From NCBI GenBank assembly GCA_977016875.1, contig CDRNST010000049.1, positions 5,208,001 through 5,272,000 on the forward strand: a stretch of DNA of 64,000 bases, read 5' to 3'. Of the stretch, positions 61,501 to 64,000 are shown in pieces (within the stretch, counting starts at the first letter, position 1; every line of letters begins with the position of its first letter). Under the pieces are notes generated by a model. The model was given only the letters and a program-made list of their open reading frames with translations, had not been told where the DNA came from and searched no databases. Source of the DNA: Pavona decussata. Lineage: Eukaryota. The position numbers were made by a program, and so were the translations under genes.

Positions 61501-62265
61501 GTTCTTAACAAGATACACGAGGAACGAAAGCGGTAAGTGTTTGCGTGTCGTCCGGTTTATACGAGCAATAATTGCCTTTCATAAACATTATTGCTGGAAC
61601 CAGTTTTCCTAAACTAAGAGCAGTCCGTCTCGTCATTCGTCAAGCGTAAGGCTTAAACATTAGCGTGAAAAAAATGGCCGCGGGAAATCTGGACACCAGA
61701 TTTCGCGCGGCCATTATATTTTTTTGTCTCGCGGTTTTAGCCCACACGACGAACTAAGCGGCGAAAGAGGGACCCTTTGTAGTCTAGTTTTTCCTTCTGC
61801 TGTTACTGTATGAAAGACGATGTATGAGGTAAAGCATTAGAATACAAAAATATGTCTGTGGGTGTTTGCGTTCGAGAAATGAAGCTAACGAATGGTGCTC
61901 ATAGCGGGAACAGTCACAGGTAACGTACTGGTAACGTGCATAGCTGTAAACGGCTACAGAGCCAGGTTAAACGCCTTAAGACAGTGTTGCTCTTGGCTAA
62001 CGGCTAACGGAGTTCAAACTTCAGCTAACGGATGCTAACGCCTAAGCTAGTTGTTCTAACGGATGCAAATTTTTGCTAACGGATACATGAACTGTTCTAA
62101 CGGTTCCAGACTAACGACTAACGCTTTTACTCGCAGTACTAACGGTTTTCCTTAAATGTTTAACGGGTTACTAACGGTTAACTAACGGATGACTAACGGA
62201 CGACTAATGCTTTCGGCCGTTTAACGGATAAGCGTTAGTGTACGTTTTCCCGTGTGTGGTCACAT
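58599..62265. repeat. 3.6-kb cassette, copy 2
   Basis: Colinear with 31659-35215. Confidence 0.93.
59227..60963 (-). CDS. Sola1-like DDE transposase, intact 578 aa
   Basis: CGC...C, CKEMF, HGN, DLCMTC, HYSFDYAQQVH, ADNCAGQNKN, GHTKFGPDRCFG. Confidence 0.8.
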   Translation of the reverse strand: MAEFENEREDCDEVSEKVKRFLRGGCGCTLGPKNGPCSLQFTEETVLFNLNNCLELSSTELDLVILTSIQAFTRTESIGCKRSPRCSFYFQSKPICKEMFLCFYGVSYSRFRRLKEHYEEHGISPRQHGNKRRLPENTLPQSTIEEVNSFLLNYIEENAIVLPGRIPGFKNDDVKVLPSSETKKGAWRLYESACQASNRRAVSYSKFLEVWGNFYPNVVVSKPMTDLCMTCQQNTNKLQRAANLSEDEKAECIRAHQDHINCAQAERELYKNSCTNSKETLEALGGFAALNHANGNACSLKTTMHYSFDYAQQVHYPSNPMQPGPIYFKTPRKCGIFGIMCEAIPQQVNFLIDEASSAGKGENATISYVHFYFEHHGLGETDVHLNADNCAGQNKNLACWLWYLAWRILMHLHDTILYSLLITGHTKFGPDRCFGILKKAYKVTYVSSMYELARMVEKSSSVGINKVQLVGTHDGRILVPVYDWASFLGPYFKKIPNIKKYHHFRFTKDRPGMVFCKEFATSPEQQFMLLKNETILPPTHLPPTIRPDGLTEERKNYLYREIRPFCKPGTEDLVAPAI

Positions 62266-62524
62266 TTACTATTAGTCTATATTTATTGCCAGGGCCTCTA
62301 ATGATATCAGTTCTTACTTTTGCAAAAACTGAATGAGAAAACCTGTTGTAAAAAAGGCATCTAACTGGCTGAAGACTGACCAATCGTTGATTTGAAATGA
62401 GCCATAATTTTAACAAAAAGCACTGAATTAAGACAATTTTAGTCGGAAATTACTACAAACTGGTAAGTCGTTGCAACTAGTGTCTTTATAAAAAAAGGAT
62501 TCTCCATCAAAAAGAGAAAATGTT

Positions 62525-62692
62525 CCTGTAAGGAAATGACAATGTATGGAGAATGCAATTCGTGGTAAGGAAATGACAAAGCTGAGGTAAGAAAACGACA
62601 CTTTTTTTTGTAAGGAAATGACATTGTTATTTCCTTACTGTAAGGAAATGACAATTTTTTTGTAAGTAAATGACAGTAAGGAAGTTACAGAG
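62525..62692. repeat. GTAAGGAAATGAC repeat cluster (5-6 copies)
   Basis: Read directly; likely subterminal repeats of a non-autonomous element. Confidence 0.6.
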
Positions 62693-62703
62693 GAACATCT
62701 TCG

Positions 62704-62708
62704 TTATT

Positions 62709-62740
<32 letters not shown>

Positions 62741-64000
62741 CATCATTATCATTATTATGCGCAGTAAAACTATCTGTATGCACTGTATCAGAAAGCAACA
62801 CATGGTGCATAGCGTAACCTGTGAGCCGAGCGAAACTTAAAGTAGCTCGTGAATAGATCAATAAAATCTATATACATATATAAAAGTCATAGTCTAGATG
62901 TCTGAAAGTCTAAAACTCATACAAATAACCATTAATGGCTGGTCCATCAATCTTGGTATAATATAACATTATGATGTTACTACTTTGAAAGTTCTTACAA
63001 TGTTCAGCGTCGCCGATAAAACCGTCCTCTGCATTCTCTCTAAGACTTGAGTAGTCTTTCGCCCAACCAGTGATCGCACACTAATCTCTGTCTCTTTTGA
63101 CCAGTCGCCTAACACATCCATGATAACATTATACTGGTGCACCTCGTATCCTTTATATTGCTCCTTCAGTTCCCACCTCAAGGGACCATACTTCATAGTT
63201 TTTTCCTCGCTCTTCTTCTCTCGATTACTAATCCATCGACAGCTCATCTCTATGGTCATGACTTTCTTGCTCTCATGATTCACAACCCTCGCATCGACCC
63301 GGTTGGCTCGCACCTCCTGATGATCTGCATACACAGGTACATCCCACCACGCTTCTACTTGTTCTGACTTGTACACCGGCTTTGGCATCACTGGCGAGTA
63401 CCACGGTGGTACTTCCTCAAGAAGATCCTGGTCATGTAGGAGCCCATAGAACAGGACTTTTAAAGCCATGTTATGTCTGAGCAAATACTTGTTCTGAGCT
63501 AGTGCAGAACACCCGGCCGGAATGTGCGGGACACTTTCTTGGACATGACCACATAGCCTACACTTCACATCCCCGGGACAACTCGTGTGTGTCTTCTTAC
63601 TAGAGTATAGTTTTGTGGGCAACAGTTGCTCGTACAGTTCAAATACACCGGCAGTAGTGTGCGAGGGGCATGATCTCCATTTATTCAGCCAACTGAAACA
63701 CTCATTTTTGCACAGCTGTAAATCAGATCTCCTCTCAGTCAGCAACTTTCCCTGCCATTCTAGTCCACGTACTTCCTTCTCAAGCTTCTTCTCCACATAT
63801 TCTTTCAATACTTCCTTGACACGGTACGATGGGATGATCCCCCCGTTGCTCATAGCACATACAGGTTCTGGGTGATTAAGGTGTAAGTTGACGCCCAGAT
63901 CCTCCGCAAACTTTGCGGCATCTTTAACTAACGAACTATGACCCAGTGACTCAGATCTCTCCTCGAACTCCCTCACCATTTCCATAGCCGGATCTTTGTT
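62704..64000 (-). mobile_element. R4/Dong-clade non-LTR retrotransposon 3' part (ORF ends 62969), running off the window
   Basis: QGK, EQLLPT, CRLC...ESVPH...C, RHN, WWDVP, ANRVD, IEMSC, EKTMKY; tail in (TAA/TGA)n at 62704-62757. Confidence 0.85.

Noticed and set aside
1-64000. tRNA/rRNA genes or prokaryotic operons
   Set aside because: None recognisable; the content is eukaryotic transposons with spliceosomal introns.

Overview
AT-rich eukaryotic DNA, most likely a cnidarian (coral-like, inferred from the repeat families). It consists almost entirely of nested transposable elements, and no host housekeeping gene or RNA gene is evident. One minus-strand CR1/L2-type LINE (~41790 to ~1775) is split in three pieces. 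The first insertion is a 5'-truncated LINE, itself interrupted by an 8.8-kb MULE with an intact 979-aa transposase and a 9-bp TSD. The second is a 26.1-kb PIF/Harbinger element (14119-40249, TAA TSD). In that Harbinger the transposase and MADF/BESS genes are interleaved on opposite strands. The catalytic-exon/MADF-exon module occurs twice in diverged form, while the first exons occur once. The element also carries a BEN-domain gene, a Sola1-like transposase cassette and a BEL/Pao LTR retrotransposon. The right third holds CR1, CRE and R4/Dong LINE pieces, an Academ remnant, and an Ngaro tyrosine-recombinase retroelement whose recombinase appears reachable by splicing out pol. It also holds a decayed DDE-RING-deubiquitinase-like gene with a 30-bp coding minisatellite, and a second, intact Sola1-like cassette. 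Family assignments rest on motifs recognised by eye; no searches were run.
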